Part shown: positions 29,262 through 38,442 of the stretch, piece by piece | How the letters are laid out: each line of letters starts with the position of its first letter | Position numbering within the stretch: the first letter of the stretch is position 1 | Notes under the pieces: generated by a model | What the model was told of the DNA's origin: nothing | The model's input: only the letters and a program-made list of their open reading frames with translations | The model's database searches: none | Position numbers and translations under genes: made by a program | Assembly (NCBI GenBank): GCA_964583095.1 | Contig: CAZOVB010000009.1 | Span: forward strand, 11,379-75,378 | Length of the DNA: 64,000 nt | Reading direction: 5' to 3' | Origin: an uncultured Planctomycetaceae bacterium | GTDB taxonomy: Bacteria > Planctomycetota > Phycisphaerae > SM23-33

Positions 29262-31178
29262 TCAGCTCTGCCCGAACCGGATCGAAACGCGCTGGAGCCA
29301 GCCGGGGAAATGCTCCAGGTGCGCGAAGTCTCCCGGGGCGATCTCGGGTTGCTCCAGCGAGGTGCGGAAGTGGCCGGCCGTGACCAGGCTGATGGGCTGA
29401 TGGCTCAGCGGACCGGCCACCTTGCCCGAGGCGACCTGCTCGGCGTCCAGCGTGAGTGTGACGGTCCCATCGAGGCTCACCGTCGCTTCGATTTCATGCT
29501 CTCCATGGTGCAATGGCGCCTGGGCACGGACAACCTGGGTTTCCGGCGAAAAGGCCTCCCATCGGATCGGTCTGGGTACATCCCGCATGGCAAAGCACAG
29601 TTGCCCCTGTTTGACATACAGGGCAAAGCCGGCCGAAACCCCGTGCAGGCTGACCAGGACGGCTTCCGAGCCCTCGATCCGGGCCTTGGCACAGATCCGG
29701 ATGCTCCGCCCTGCGATGCCGTCCAGGTGGCAACCCAGGGGGACCTCGTCGCCGTCCTTCATATTCGCCACCGCTTCGCGCGGATCCAGGCCTGCCCAGT
29801 GCAACGGCATGACTTCCTCCTCCGGCAGGAAACCGGCCAGGCGTTGCTTGATCTCCTGCCGTCCGGGGTCGCCGGCCAGGTTCCTGCTCTCGTTCGGGTC
29901 TGCCTCGGGGTCATACAACTCCTCCTGTCCGTCGGCATAGCGAATGTACGTTCCCTCCCGCGTGCGGACAGCGTGGTTGCCCGGCCCATAGGTCGTGATG
30001 GCCGGATGAGGCCAATCGCCCTGCGGAACCTCCAGCAGGGGCTTGAGGCTGTGGCCCTGCCAATGGCTCCTGGCCGGCAGGCGGCAAAGCTCCGAGAGCG
30101 TGGGATACAGATCGAGGGTCGAAACGGGGGTTTCGCATAGGCCGGTTCTGCCGGCGGGGCGCGAGATGATCAACGGCACGTTGGCCTCGGTCGCCCAGAG
30201 CCCCCACTTCTGGGTGTGGTGGCGGTTGCCGAGGTTCCAGCCGTGGTCGACCCACAGGGCCACAATCGTATTGTCGGCATGGGGCGAGGCATCCAACGTG
30301 TCGATCAGTCGGCCGATGCAGTGATCCACGTAGCTGATGCAGGCCAGGTACGCATGCACCATGCCCCGCAGCGTCCGGCGGGTTCGCAACTGGTGGTCGT
30401 TTCCCCCGACGGTCTCGTGCCCCCCCGAGCCGAGGGCTATTGTCTTGGCGAAGTCGCACAGGCCGGCAAAGGCCTCCTCGTCAACCTCGGGGACCTCGAT
30501 TCGTTCCGGGTCGTACAGGTCGAAGAACCGACGCGGTGCGATCAGCGGCGTATGCGTCCGGATGAACCCAGCGCCCAGCAGAAACGGCGTGTCGTAGCTC
30601 TGCTGGAGCTTCCGGCTGCACCACTGGGTCACGACATCATCCACCAGGCCTTTGGAGTCGTCCGTTGGTCCCCAGTAGAGCCGGCTTCGTGGACTGTCAA
30701 GCCCCTCGATGCTCGAGCGGGGGCTTGGAGAAAGTTCGAAATCCCGCTGGATCCCCTCAAACCACTCCCGGGGGTTGGATTCCTCCCAGAGCGGATCTTC
30801 GCCCTGCTCACGACTGTGCCATTTGCCGTGGAAGATCTTTCCGCTGCCCATCGTGTGATAGCCGTTCCTGCGGAAATGCACCGGCAAGGGCAGGGCTTCT
30901 TCCAGGGCTTGGCTGTGCATCGTGTCCTTGGCGTCATTTGCGACCGAGGTGTTCACGTAGCAGCCGGACCGGCTGGGCATGAGACCCGAGAGCACTCCGG
31001 TGCGGCCCGGCACGCAGATCGGGGCCGGACAGAATGCGTTGGTAAACAGCGTCCCTCGCTGAGCCAGGCGGTCGATATGCGGCGTCCGGGCCGAGGGGTA
31101 CTTGCCCATGCACCGGGGCCAGTGGTTCATGTCGTCAATGGCGATGAAAAGCACATTGGGTCTTGTATCAGTGGTCAC
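29262..31178 (-). CDS. Sulfatase (Cys-type) with C-terminal LamG-like domain. No signal peptide seen.
   Basis: NVLFIAIDDMNHWPRCMG...LFTNAFCPAPICVPGRTGVLSG (C-x-P-x-R = CVPGR). C-terminal GFALYVKQGQLCFAMRD...VSLDGTVTLTLDAEQV is LamG-like. I prefer the GTG at 31178, preceded by GGGAGA, over the track ATG at 31322, whose 48 extra residues are R/Q/S-rich. Confidence 0.85.
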   Translation of the reverse strand: MTTDTRPNVLFIAIDDMNHWPRCMGKYPSARTPHIDRLAQRGTLFTNAFCPAPICVPGRTGVLSGLMPSRSGCYVNTSVANDAKDTMHSQALEEALPLPVHFRRNGYHTMGSGKIFHGKWHSREQGEDPLWEESNPREWFEGIQRDFELSPSPRSSIEGLDSPRSRLYWGPTDDSKGLVDDVVTQWCSRKLQQSYDTPFLLGAGFIRTHTPLIAPRRFFDLYDPERIEVPEVDEEAFAGLCDFAKTIALGSGGHETVGGNDHQLRTRRTLRGMVHAYLACISYVDHCIGRLIDTLDASPHADNTIVALWVDHGWNLGNRHHTQKWGLWATEANVPLIISRPAGRTGLCETPVSTLDLYPTLSELCRLPARSHWQGHSLKPLLEVPQGDWPHPAITTYGPGNHAVRTREGTYIRYADGQEELYDPEADPNESRNLAGDPGRQEIKQRLAGFLPEEEVMPLHWAGLDPREAVANMKDGDEVPLGCHLDGIAGRSIRICAKARIEGSEAVLVSLHGVSAGFALYVKQGQLCFAMRDVPRPIRWEAFSPETQVVRAQAPLHHGEHEIEATVSLDGTVTLTLDAEQVASGKVAGPLSHQPISLVTAGHFRTSLEQPEIAPGDFAHLEHFPGWLQRVSIRFGQS

Positions 31179-31225
31179 GTTTTCTCCCGATTGCAGGTCG
31201 GAGGGCAGGGATGGACGAGAGTTCC

Positions 31226-31379
31226 TTATCGGCGTTGGCCCGCAGGCTTGCCGGAGCTGCGGGCCGCGTTGCGACGAAACGCGCTTGGCGTGATGCCTAC
31301 GCGACGCTTGAAGATCTTGCACAAATCGCTGGCACTTTGGAAGCGAGAAATACCTGTTCCGCCTATGGCGAACCGCACC
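31226..31379 (-). pseudogene. Remnant of the C-terminal HTH of a XylR/AraC-type regulator (about 50 codons)
   Basis: Hand translation of the reverse strand gives VRFAIGGTGISRFQSASDLCKIFKRRVGITPSAFRRNAARSSGKPAGQRR*. The core ASDLCKIFKRRVGITPSAFR aligns with ASNLCKVFRRELGLRPSQLR at the C-terminus of the intact XylR-like gene at 33097..34245. Upstream, the frame runs straight into the sulfatase stop codon at 31380, with no N-terminal domain. Confidence 0.55.
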
Positions 31380-32978
31380 CTACGGTTGCTTGGCCAGGAG
31401 GTGGTCGGCGTGGATCTCGCGCAGCCGGCTGCGCTCCTCGTCGGTCAGGGTGACCATGTGCTCGGCCATGGGGTGGCCCTGCCCGATGCCGGTGCACTTG
31501 CGGGCGTAACCCGGGCCCAGGGCTTCCACGTCGGCCTGCATCTTGCCCTTGACCTTCTCGGCAAAGAGCACGCCATAGTCGGGATGCCGATGGATATTAT
31601 TGGCCGGGATGTCGTGGTCGGCCCAGTCGTCGGCCTCGACGGCCTTGGAGAACACGTCGTCGCGGTGGCGGTCGATCAGTGCCTGCTTGAGCTGTCCTCC
31701 GCGCTGGTCCATCTCCAGGATCGGGCCCTGGTCGAGTTCGTCGCGAAGCCGGAAGTTCCACTCGCGCTTGTCCGCGGCGCTGTGCCAGTAGGCCCGCTCG
31801 CCATCGGAGGCGTAATACTGCCCGTTCCAGGCTCGCGAGAACTGGCTGAACACGATTCTCTCACCCGGCTGCATATTGGCGACTTCCTGCAGCGGCATGG
31901 CCTCGTCGAGGCCCTCCGGGATTTCCAGCCCGGCCGCGGTGACCACCGTGGGCATGACGTCCAGAAGCGTAGAGGGGGCGCGGACCTCCTTGCCGGCGTC
32001 GAAGAGACCGGGCAGCCGAGCGATCATCGGAATCCGGACCGCCCCTTCCAGCATGCAGCGCTTGCCCACGCACCCGTAATCGCCGAGCATCTCGCCGTGG
32101 TCGGTGGTGAAGAGGATCAGCGTGTTGTCGATCTCGTCGCCCAGGGCTTCCAGCAGGCGTGCGAACTGCCAGTCCAGGTAGCTGATTTCCGCGCTGTAGG
32201 CGGCCTGGATCTGTCGCAGGAGCATCCGGTCGCCTTCCACCGCATCCTCCATCCACTTGTAGCGGTTCTGGAAGAGATTGGCCCGGCAGCGATAGTCCTT
32301 GTAGTTGGCAGGCTTGCGGGGCCCGTCGAACTCGATGGGCCGGTACATGGCCGAGAAGGGGTAGGGCACGTGGAAGCCCGGATGCGGGGCGTCGAAGTGG
32401 GCGCAGATCAGGAAGGGCTTGTCGTGGTCACGCTGGGCCAGGAACCCCTTGGACTGCTCGACAATCCAGTGCGGCTTGCTGAGATGATGCGGGTAAGGCA
32501 GGGTCTCGGGAATGTAATAATGCTCGGTACCGAACCCGCCGTCAGCGCGGGGGATCCAGTCGATGCCCTGCTGGGAGAACCACTCGAAGTATTCGCTTGT
32601 GTGGACGAACCGATCAAATCCCTGGAGATTCTCCGGCGTGGGTTTGTCGGGCCCGCCGGCAAAGCGGGAATGACTCTTGCCGACCCCGAATGTCTGATAC
32701 CCGGCCTGTTGGAGCATGGTCGGGAAATTTGGGTAGTCCAGGAAGATCCCGCCGAAGTTATCCGTCATGCATCCCTGGTGTCCGGGTCGGCCGCAGCCCA
32801 TGCTCGCCCGCGCAGGAGCACAGACCGGGGTGGGCGTATAGGCACGGCGAAAGGCGGTTCCCTCGTTGCAGAGGCGGTCCAGCGTGGGCGTTTTGATGAT
32901 CGGGTTGCCCAGTGCGGCGATGGTGTCGGCTCGCTGCTGGTCGGTGACGATCATGACAACATTGGGTGTCCGGGCCAT
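31380..32978 (-). CDS. Sulfatase (Cys-type). No signal peptide seen.
   Basis: MARTPNVVMIVTDQQRADTIAALGNPIIKTPTLDRLCNEGTAFRRAYTPTPVCAPARASM (CAPAR formylglycine motif). AAGGAG SD upstream. Confidence 0.9.
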   Translation of the reverse strand: MARTPNVVMIVTDQQRADTIAALGNPIIKTPTLDRLCNEGTAFRRAYTPTPVCAPARASMGCGRPGHQGCMTDNFGGIFLDYPNFPTMLQQAGYQTFGVGKSHSRFAGGPDKPTPENLQGFDRFVHTSEYFEWFSQQGIDWIPRADGGFGTEHYYIPETLPYPHHLSKPHWIVEQSKGFLAQRDHDKPFLICAHFDAPHPGFHVPYPFSAMYRPIEFDGPRKPANYKDYRCRANLFQNRYKWMEDAVEGDRMLLRQIQAAYSAEISYLDWQFARLLEALGDEIDNTLILFTTDHGEMLGDYGCVGKRCMLEGAVRIPMIARLPGLFDAGKEVRAPSTLLDVMPTVVTAAGLEIPEGLDEAMPLQEVANMQPGERIVFSQFSRAWNGQYYASDGERAYWHSAADKREWNFRLRDELDQGPILEMDQRGGQLKQALIDRHRDDVFSKAVEADDWADHDIPANNIHRHPDYGVLFAEKVKGKMQADVEALGPGYARKCTGIGQGHPMAEHMVTLTDEERSRLREIHADHLLAKQP

Positions 32979-33096
32979 GTGGGTTGCTCCTTACAGAGGG
33001 TCAGCGGTCCTGGAATATGCAGACATTCTATTGCACGGCCGCTGCCGGCGATTACACTAACTGATATTTCCGTTAGCCTTTTGCGCAGAGACCCGC

Positions 33097-34245
33097 ATGC
33101 CCCGCTCCTGCAAGACAGACCGCCTGCCCCGCGTATGCCTCGCCCTGCCGGCGGGCAATTCCTATTGTCGCGGCATCCTGGAAGGCCTGGCCTCCTACAT
33201 CCAGAGACACGGGCCCTGGTCTACGATTACAAGCACGCGTCTTACGAGCCCTTCGCAGATCAAGCAGATCGGCCCTGTTGACGGCTGGGTCTCGCTGCAG
33301 GTCGACGATGCCGTCATGGGAGCCCTGGAGCGAACCGGCAAGCCGGTGGTCCTGGTAGAACCCGGACGCGAAGATCAGCCCAGCGTTGTACCCGACGAGG
33401 CCGCCCTGGGACGCCTGGCCGTGGAACACTTCCGCGAGCTGGGCCTCACGAGCCTGGCCTTTTTCTCCGGGGAGCAGACCGCCTTTGGCCTGAAGCGCCG
33501 GGCGTCGTTCCTGGCCCAGGCACACAAGTGCGGCCTGGAGATGCGCGACAACCTCACCGAGCAGCCGGCCTCGTATCACCAGGGGCGCTCCCGTCGCCGT
33601 TGGCTTACTTCGCTGCCCTCCCCGACGGGGTTGTTTCTGGTCACCTCCGGCTGGGGCAGGAGAATCCTTGCCGAGCTGTCCGATTTGGGCAGGGCGGTCC
33701 CGGAGGACCTGGCCGTTCTGACAGCCGAATTTTCCGCCCTGGATGCCCGGCTCTGCTGGCCGGCGCTGTCTTCGGTCGACCAGGCCACAGGACGCATCGG
33801 GTTTCTGGCAGGCAAGATGCTCTCGGGCCTGATGGCCGGCCAAGGATCGCCTTGCACGCAGCTCGTCGTACCACCGGTTCGTATCTGCAAGCGGGTCAGT
33901 ACCGACATGCTGGCCATCGAAGACAAAGAGGTCCGTGAGGCGGTGGCATTCATTCGTCGCCGTGCCACCGACGGGATCACAACGGCCGACGTGTTGCGGG
34001 TCGTGCTCGTCTCGCGTCGGACGCTGGAGCAGAAGTTCCGACGCTGCCTGGGAAGAACGATCCACAAGGAGATCCTCCGCGTCCGGTTGGCCGAGGCCAG
34101 GAGGCTGCTGACCGAGACCTCCCTGGCCCTTCCAGACATTGCCGTCCGTGTGGGCTATGAACACGCCTCGAACCTCTGCAAGGTCTTCCGCCGCGAACTG
34201 GGCCTGCGACCCTCCCAACTGAGGCAGACCACGAAAACCGTCTGA
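33097..34245 (+). CDS. XylR-like regulator (periplasmic-binding-protein-like sensor domain plus AraC-type HTH)
   Basis: N-terminus RVCLALPAGNSYCRGILEGLASYIQRHGPW resembles the XylR/LacI-like sugar-binding fold. C-terminus VAFIRRRATDGITTADVLRVVLVSRRTLEQKFRRCLGRTIHKEILRVRLAEARRLLTETSLALPDIAVRVGYEHASNLCKVFRRELGLRPSQLR. Divergent from the sulfatase at 31380..32978. Confidence 0.8.
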   Translation: MPRSCKTDRLPRVCLALPAGNSYCRGILEGLASYIQRHGPWSTITSTRLTSPSQIKQIGPVDGWVSLQVDDAVMGALERTGKPVVLVEPGREDQPSVVPDEAALGRLAVEHFRELGLTSLAFFSGEQTAFGLKRRASFLAQAHKCGLEMRDNLTEQPASYHQGRSRRRWLTSLPSPTGLFLVTSGWGRRILAELSDLGRAVPEDLAVLTAEFSALDARLCWPALSSVDQATGRIGFLAGKMLSGLMAGQGSPCTQLVVPPVRICKRVSTDMLAIEDKEVREAVAFIRRRATDGITTADVLRVVLVSRRTLEQKFRRCLGRTIHKEILRVRLAEARRLLTETSLALPDIAVRVGYEHASNLCKVFRRELGLRPSQLRQTTKTV

Positions 34246-34267
34246 GCAGCCCGGATGGGTCGCCGTC

Positions 34268-35875
34268 TCAGGGCGACTTCGGCTCGGGGCCAAAGGCCGT
34301 CAGGCTGCGGGATGTCAGGAGGATCAGCATTCCGTCGGCCGCTGTGGGGGTCGCATTGTGCGGATGCGTGCGATACTCCGAGAGCAGCTTCTTTTCCTGG
34401 GAGGCGGCAAAGACGAAAAACTCGCCCTTATCGTTGCCGACGTAAAGTTTTCCGTCGGCGACCAGTTGAGATCGGCAATGGATCTTCACGCCGGTATCGT
34501 GCTCCCACTGCTTGCTACCGGTGCGGGCATCGTAGCAGTGGAGGCCCCCGATCTGGTCGGCCACAAAGAGCAGACCGTCCTCAATGGAAACCGTTGAGTG
34601 CGTCCGCGGAATGTCCCGGGCTTCCCAGATGAGCCCGGAGGTCGAGATATCGCCGGTCCCGCCGGGATCGATGCAGACCAGCCGGCCGTAGGTGTCGCCG
34701 GCCTTTTTGTGATACGCCCCGTCGCGCCCGATGCCGACGTAGACACGTCCATCGTGGAAGACGGGAGTGGAGATCACGTTGCCGGCTCCCATGCCCCGCT
34801 CGTCCCCTTCCGGATCGTACCAGTCATGCTGGTCGTCGGGCGGGTATTTCAGTTGCATCTTCTTGTCATCGGAATACCGGATCTCCTTGCCCTCGTGAAA
34901 GCGATACTCCGGGGGGTTCAAGTCGAAACGCCAGACCTCTTCGAGCTTCTGGAGTTGACCGTCCTGGATGGTGGCCGCTTTGGGCGGGGCAAAGGCGTGG
35001 AGCACGCCGTAGCCATCGGGCCAGAAGACAAGCGTGCGGCCATCGACCTGCCCCATCGAGGGCGAAGACCACTGCCCGTGGAAGACCATGGGGACCTCGA
35101 CCTGGTCTCGCGCCACGACCTGCCCCGTGTGACGATTGAGAACCAGGAGGTTCGGAACATTCTTGGCCCCCTTCTGGGACCGAACGCCGTATTCGTGGCT
35201 GGTGGGGACCCAGAGGAAGTCTTCCTGGACGAGGACGGCCCCGGCCCCGGAGTCGTGGAAGGAGGCATTGAACGTTTTTTCAATCTCGGTAACCCAGAGG
35301 ATGTCGGCATCGGTGGGCAGCAACTCGGCAGGTGCGGGCTTGTCCTTGCGGTATCTGCGCGACGCGTGCTCCATCCACTCCAGTTCGCTCTGCATGCCGT
35401 CGTTGCCATCGGCCAGGCCGTCTGCGTCGAGGCAGAACACGTTGGCGATGCCTCGGACGTACACCCGGTCGCCGATGACCGTCGGAGGATAGCCGATGCC
35501 GTAGCTGCCCCCCTGGTAGCCTCCATGGGGGCAGATCAGCTTCCAGAGGACGCTGCCATCGCGGGCGGAATAACAGATGATGGCTCCGCCGTCGGCCGAC
35601 AAGCTCTCCAGGCGGTCGTCTCCCAAGCCCTTGCTGGTGAGGCCCACGTAGACGCGGCCATCCACGACCGTAGGCTGGGCAAACGCCCATTTGCTTCTCA
35701 GATCGACCGACCAGAGCTTCGGGGCCTTTTCCAAGTCCGCCGGAAGGTTCCGGGCATCGACGACCATGTTTCTTCCGGGGTTGTCTGCCCACTGGACGTT
35801 TCGGGGTGTCTCGCCAAGGCCTGAAAGCGAGAAGCACGTCAGGACCAGCAGCGTAGCAATCGTATGTCTGTACAT
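34268..35875 (-). CDS. Secreted PQQ-like / BamB-like beta-propeller repeat protein (paralog of 25169..26824)
   Basis: Signal peptide MYRHTIATLLVLTCFSLSGLGE after an AGGAGA SD. The shared block NVFCLDADGLADGNDGMQSE aligns with EILCLDVDGLADGNQGMSEE in the paralog. Blades IEDGLLFVADQIGGLHCYDARTGSKQWE, VADGKLYVGNDKGEFFVF. Confidence 0.8.
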   Translation of the reverse strand: MYRHTIATLLVLTCFSLSGLGETPRNVQWADNPGRNMVVDARNLPADLEKAPKLWSVDLRSKWAFAQPTVVDGRVYVGLTSKGLGDDRLESLSADGGAIICYSARDGSVLWKLICPHGGYQGGSYGIGYPPTVIGDRVYVRGIANVFCLDADGLADGNDGMQSELEWMEHASRRYRKDKPAPAELLPTDADILWVTEIEKTFNASFHDSGAGAVLVQEDFLWVPTSHEYGVRSQKGAKNVPNLLVLNRHTGQVVARDQVEVPMVFHGQWSSPSMGQVDGRTLVFWPDGYGVLHAFAPPKAATIQDGQLQKLEEVWRFDLNPPEYRFHEGKEIRYSDDKKMQLKYPPDDQHDWYDPEGDERGMGAGNVISTPVFHDGRVYVGIGRDGAYHKKAGDTYGRLVCIDPGGTGDISTSGLIWEARDIPRTHSTVSIEDGLLFVADQIGGLHCYDARTGSKQWEHDTGVKIHCRSQLVADGKLYVGNDKGEFFVFAASQEKKLLSEYRTHPHNATPTAADGMLILLTSRSLTAFGPEPKSP

Positions 35876-35895
35876 CTGAATTCTCCTGAGAACGT

Positions 35896-38442
35896 CTACC
35901 ACTTCTTGCGTGGTTTGTGCCAGAACAGCTTGAAATATCGATCATCCACCGCGAACGGGTCAATCGGGTCGCCCATCTCCCAGGCCGGATCCAGCACGCC
36001 GTAGCGCTTCATCTCGCGAACGTAGTGCGGATTGGGCAGGAAGTTGTCCATGTGGTACCAGGTTTTCTCTTCCAGGATGCCCGAGAGCTTGTGGACGATC
36101 TCGCGGAGTTCCTGGAAGTCCTTGTCGTCGCGGCCTGCAAAGACGGCCGGAGCGTCGGGTTTGTCCTTGGGCTTGCAGAGCCCCAGGCCGCCGGCTTCCT
36201 TGGCCAGCGGGGCCAGCAGTACATTGGACAGTTCGGGCCTGCTCAGGTTGGTGTGCTCGCGGGAGAGCACCCGCCCGGGGAAGCTGAAGCCCCAACTCTG
36301 CTTGTACAGATCGTGCTTCTTGTCGTAGCGGCGGGCGCGGTGCTTCTGTCCGTTGTGGCAGGAGTCGCAGCGCCGCTCGAGCAGGTCGATTTCCCGGGCC
36401 AGCAGCTTCAGATCGATCGGGTTGTAGTAGCTCTGGTTGGCGCTGAAGCCGGCGCCGAGCTGTCCACTGGCCACCGCGCCATAGGTTCCGGCCCAGGTAC
36501 CCCCCGTATCGAGCCAGAGCTTGATCAGGCGGATCTGGGCCGGGTTGGCCTTTACATCGTGATGGCTGCCGGTAAAGAACTTCAGCAGCGAGTCATCGCC
36601 GCTGCCGGCCGAGTACGGCGGGATCATCCCCTGGCTGCCGCCCTGCTTGTAACGCTTTCGCAGGCTCTCGTAGCTCAGGGTGGTAAGCTGTCCGCGATCT
36701 GCGGTGAGAACCACGCCGCCCTTTCGCTTCTGGGCCGAGTGACACTTGATGCAGTTGGCATCGAGGATCGGCTGAATGTCCCGGGGCCAGTCGATGATGT
36801 TGCGGGGCGTCAAGTCCAGCGGCCGAATTTGGCTGGGAGGACGCTTCAATGCATCCAGGGCCAACTGCTTGGCATCCAGCGGGGCGTAGGTGCGCTCTTC
36901 GTGGCAGCCCACGCAGCCGGTCACTTCCCCGGGCATGATCGTCACGAAGCTGCGCATCGGCTTGATACAGCGGTCGTTTTCATCCAGGGCCAGGAACACC
37001 AGGCTGCGGTTGGCCGGGGCCTCGAAGTGGGCTGAGCCGTCCGCCTCGACCGGTACGATCCCCAGCGTGCGTTCCAGGTTGTGCTGGCCGATGGTCGGCT
37101 CCTGCGTGGCTGAGAAGCTCACCGGCTTGGGCAGTTCTTCCACGATCAGGAGCTTCTTGACACTACCTCGCTTCACGCCTTCCATCTGTCGGCCCCGGTA
37201 GATGTCCTGGAGGACCAGCGTTCCGGTAGCCTGGGTCGGATCGGTGCGGTCGGGGATTACCGGCGGCCTGGGTCTGGCGATCAGCGGCCTGGGCTCGTGC
37301 ATGTGCATCCTGTCGGGCCGGACACCGGGCACGGTATAGAGGATCTCGAAGCGACCCTTCGCGTCCATCACGGCCAGGTGGGAATCGTAGGCGACCAGGA
37401 AGCAGTTCTCGCTGATGGCGTAGGGGTCGCGCCAACCTCCCTGGGCCTTGGTGATTTCCTTCATGGGCTTGCGCCAGTCGGGCTCAGCCCACTGCATGCC
37501 GGGGGGATTGATGATCTCCACAGCGCCCAGGTAGTCCGGGCCTTTGGTGATATCCACGGTCCCGATCGCCCCGTTGTGTTCGGGCCCGCCGTGCCAGGGC
37601 GAGACAACCGAGATGATCTTATCGCTGCCGGGGATGTGCTTGGCGTCGATGAAGAGCGTCCCGTCGTGCATGTTTCCGTAGGCGACCATCTGGGCTGTAC
37701 CGTCGGGGTTCATCGTCCAGAGGTGATGAAAGGACATCACCCCCCGCATCACGTATTCCCAGCGGGTGTAGAGCACGCGTCCATCAGACAGGACCCATGG
37801 CGTGTTGTCATGCTCGACGTTGGAGGAGATCTGTCGCATGCCGGTTCCGTCGTGGTTGATACGGAACAGGTTGGCCACCTGCGTCGTGAAGCAGGGCACC
37901 CAGCGTTTGGAGCGCGACGAACAGAACATGATGTCGTCGTTGGGCAGGTAGACCGCCTCGATGTCATCCCAGGGCCCCTCGGTAATCTGCCTCAGCTCCG
38001 ATCCGTCGATTTTGATCTCATAAAGGTTGTAGTGCTGCGAACCTCCGGGCCGGTAGGAGAAGAGAATCTTCTTGCCGTCCCAGTGCACGCAGGGGTCGCG
38101 CATGGCCCCGCCGCGGTCTTCCAGAAGGGGCGTCATCCGGCCGGTGCGCAGATTGTACCGGGCCAGCATGCCCGGCCCCCGGGCGAACTTGCCCTGGTTG
38201 GGATTGTCGCAGACATAGCCGAACGTCTCGTACCAGTGCCACCCGGTCCCCCCGTGCACGGCGAAGACCACTTCCTCCACGTCGGCAAGAGGCCCGTCGA
38301 GCATCTGCTTGAGAAGTCCCGGCGTCTGCTGCTGCTTGTAGACAGGGGTTTGGGGCTCATCGGCAAATGCAGTGGCAGCGGCCATCGCGGCCAGCCAGAG
38401 GGCAAGGCAAACAAAGCTTGGATACTGGGCAGACTTTATCAT
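35896..38442 (-). CDS. Secreted HzsA-related-like protein: TolB/PD40-type beta-propeller region plus C-terminal region with three CXXCH motifs
   Basis: GGGAGAG SD plus ATG at 38442. Signal MIKSAQYPSFVCLALWLAAMAAATAFA. Propeller-like strands (KILFSYRPGGSQHYNLYEIKIDGSELRQIT, DGRVLYTRWEY). CXXCH at CVGCH, CIKCH and CDSCH (nt about 36355-36915). The family name is from memory of NCBI naming for similar planctomycete proteins. Confidence 0.7.
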   Translation of the reverse strand: MIKSAQYPSFVCLALWLAAMAAATAFADEPQTPVYKQQQTPGLLKQMLDGPLADVEEVVFAVHGGTGWHWYETFGYVCDNPNQGKFARGPGMLARYNLRTGRMTPLLEDRGGAMRDPCVHWDGKKILFSYRPGGSQHYNLYEIKIDGSELRQITEGPWDDIEAVYLPNDDIMFCSSRSKRWVPCFTTQVANLFRINHDGTGMRQISSNVEHDNTPWVLSDGRVLYTRWEYVMRGVMSFHHLWTMNPDGTAQMVAYGNMHDGTLFIDAKHIPGSDKIISVVSPWHGGPEHNGAIGTVDITKGPDYLGAVEIINPPGMQWAEPDWRKPMKEITKAQGGWRDPYAISENCFLVAYDSHLAVMDAKGRFEILYTVPGVRPDRMHMHEPRPLIARPRPPVIPDRTDPTQATGTLVLQDIYRGRQMEGVKRGSVKKLLIVEELPKPVSFSATQEPTIGQHNLERTLGIVPVEADGSAHFEAPANRSLVFLALDENDRCIKPMRSFVTIMPGEVTGCVGCHEERTYAPLDAKQLALDALKRPPSQIRPLDLTPRNIIDWPRDIQPILDANCIKCHSAQKRKGGVVLTADRGQLTTLSYESLRKRYKQGGSQGMIPPYSAGSGDDSLLKFFTGSHHDVKANPAQIRLIKLWLDTGGTWAGTYGAVASGQLGAGFSANQSYYNPIDLKLLAREIDLLERRCDSCHNGQKHRARRYDKKHDLYKQSWGFSFPGRVLSREHTNLSRPELSNVLLAPLAKEAGGLGLCKPKDKPDAPAVFAGRDDKDFQELREIVHKLSGILEEKTWYHMDNFLPNPHYVREMKRYGVLDPAWEMGDPIDPFAVDDRYFKLFWHKPRKKW

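Noticed and set aside
30216-33281. 1021-aa plus-strand ORF spanning two sulfatase genes, their spacer and the XylR-like gene start
   Set aside because: It crosses three independent gene boundaries, has no motifs and has a shadow-ORF composition. The minus-strand sulfatase motifs (CVPGR, CAPAR) are unambiguous.
35896-38442. Interpretation of the HzsA-like protein as a genuine hydrazine synthase subunit (anammox)
   Set aside because: There is no HzsC-like di-haem partner, hydrazine dehydrogenase or other anammox gene in the window. The genomic context is carbohydrate degradation. Only architectural resemblance is claimed.
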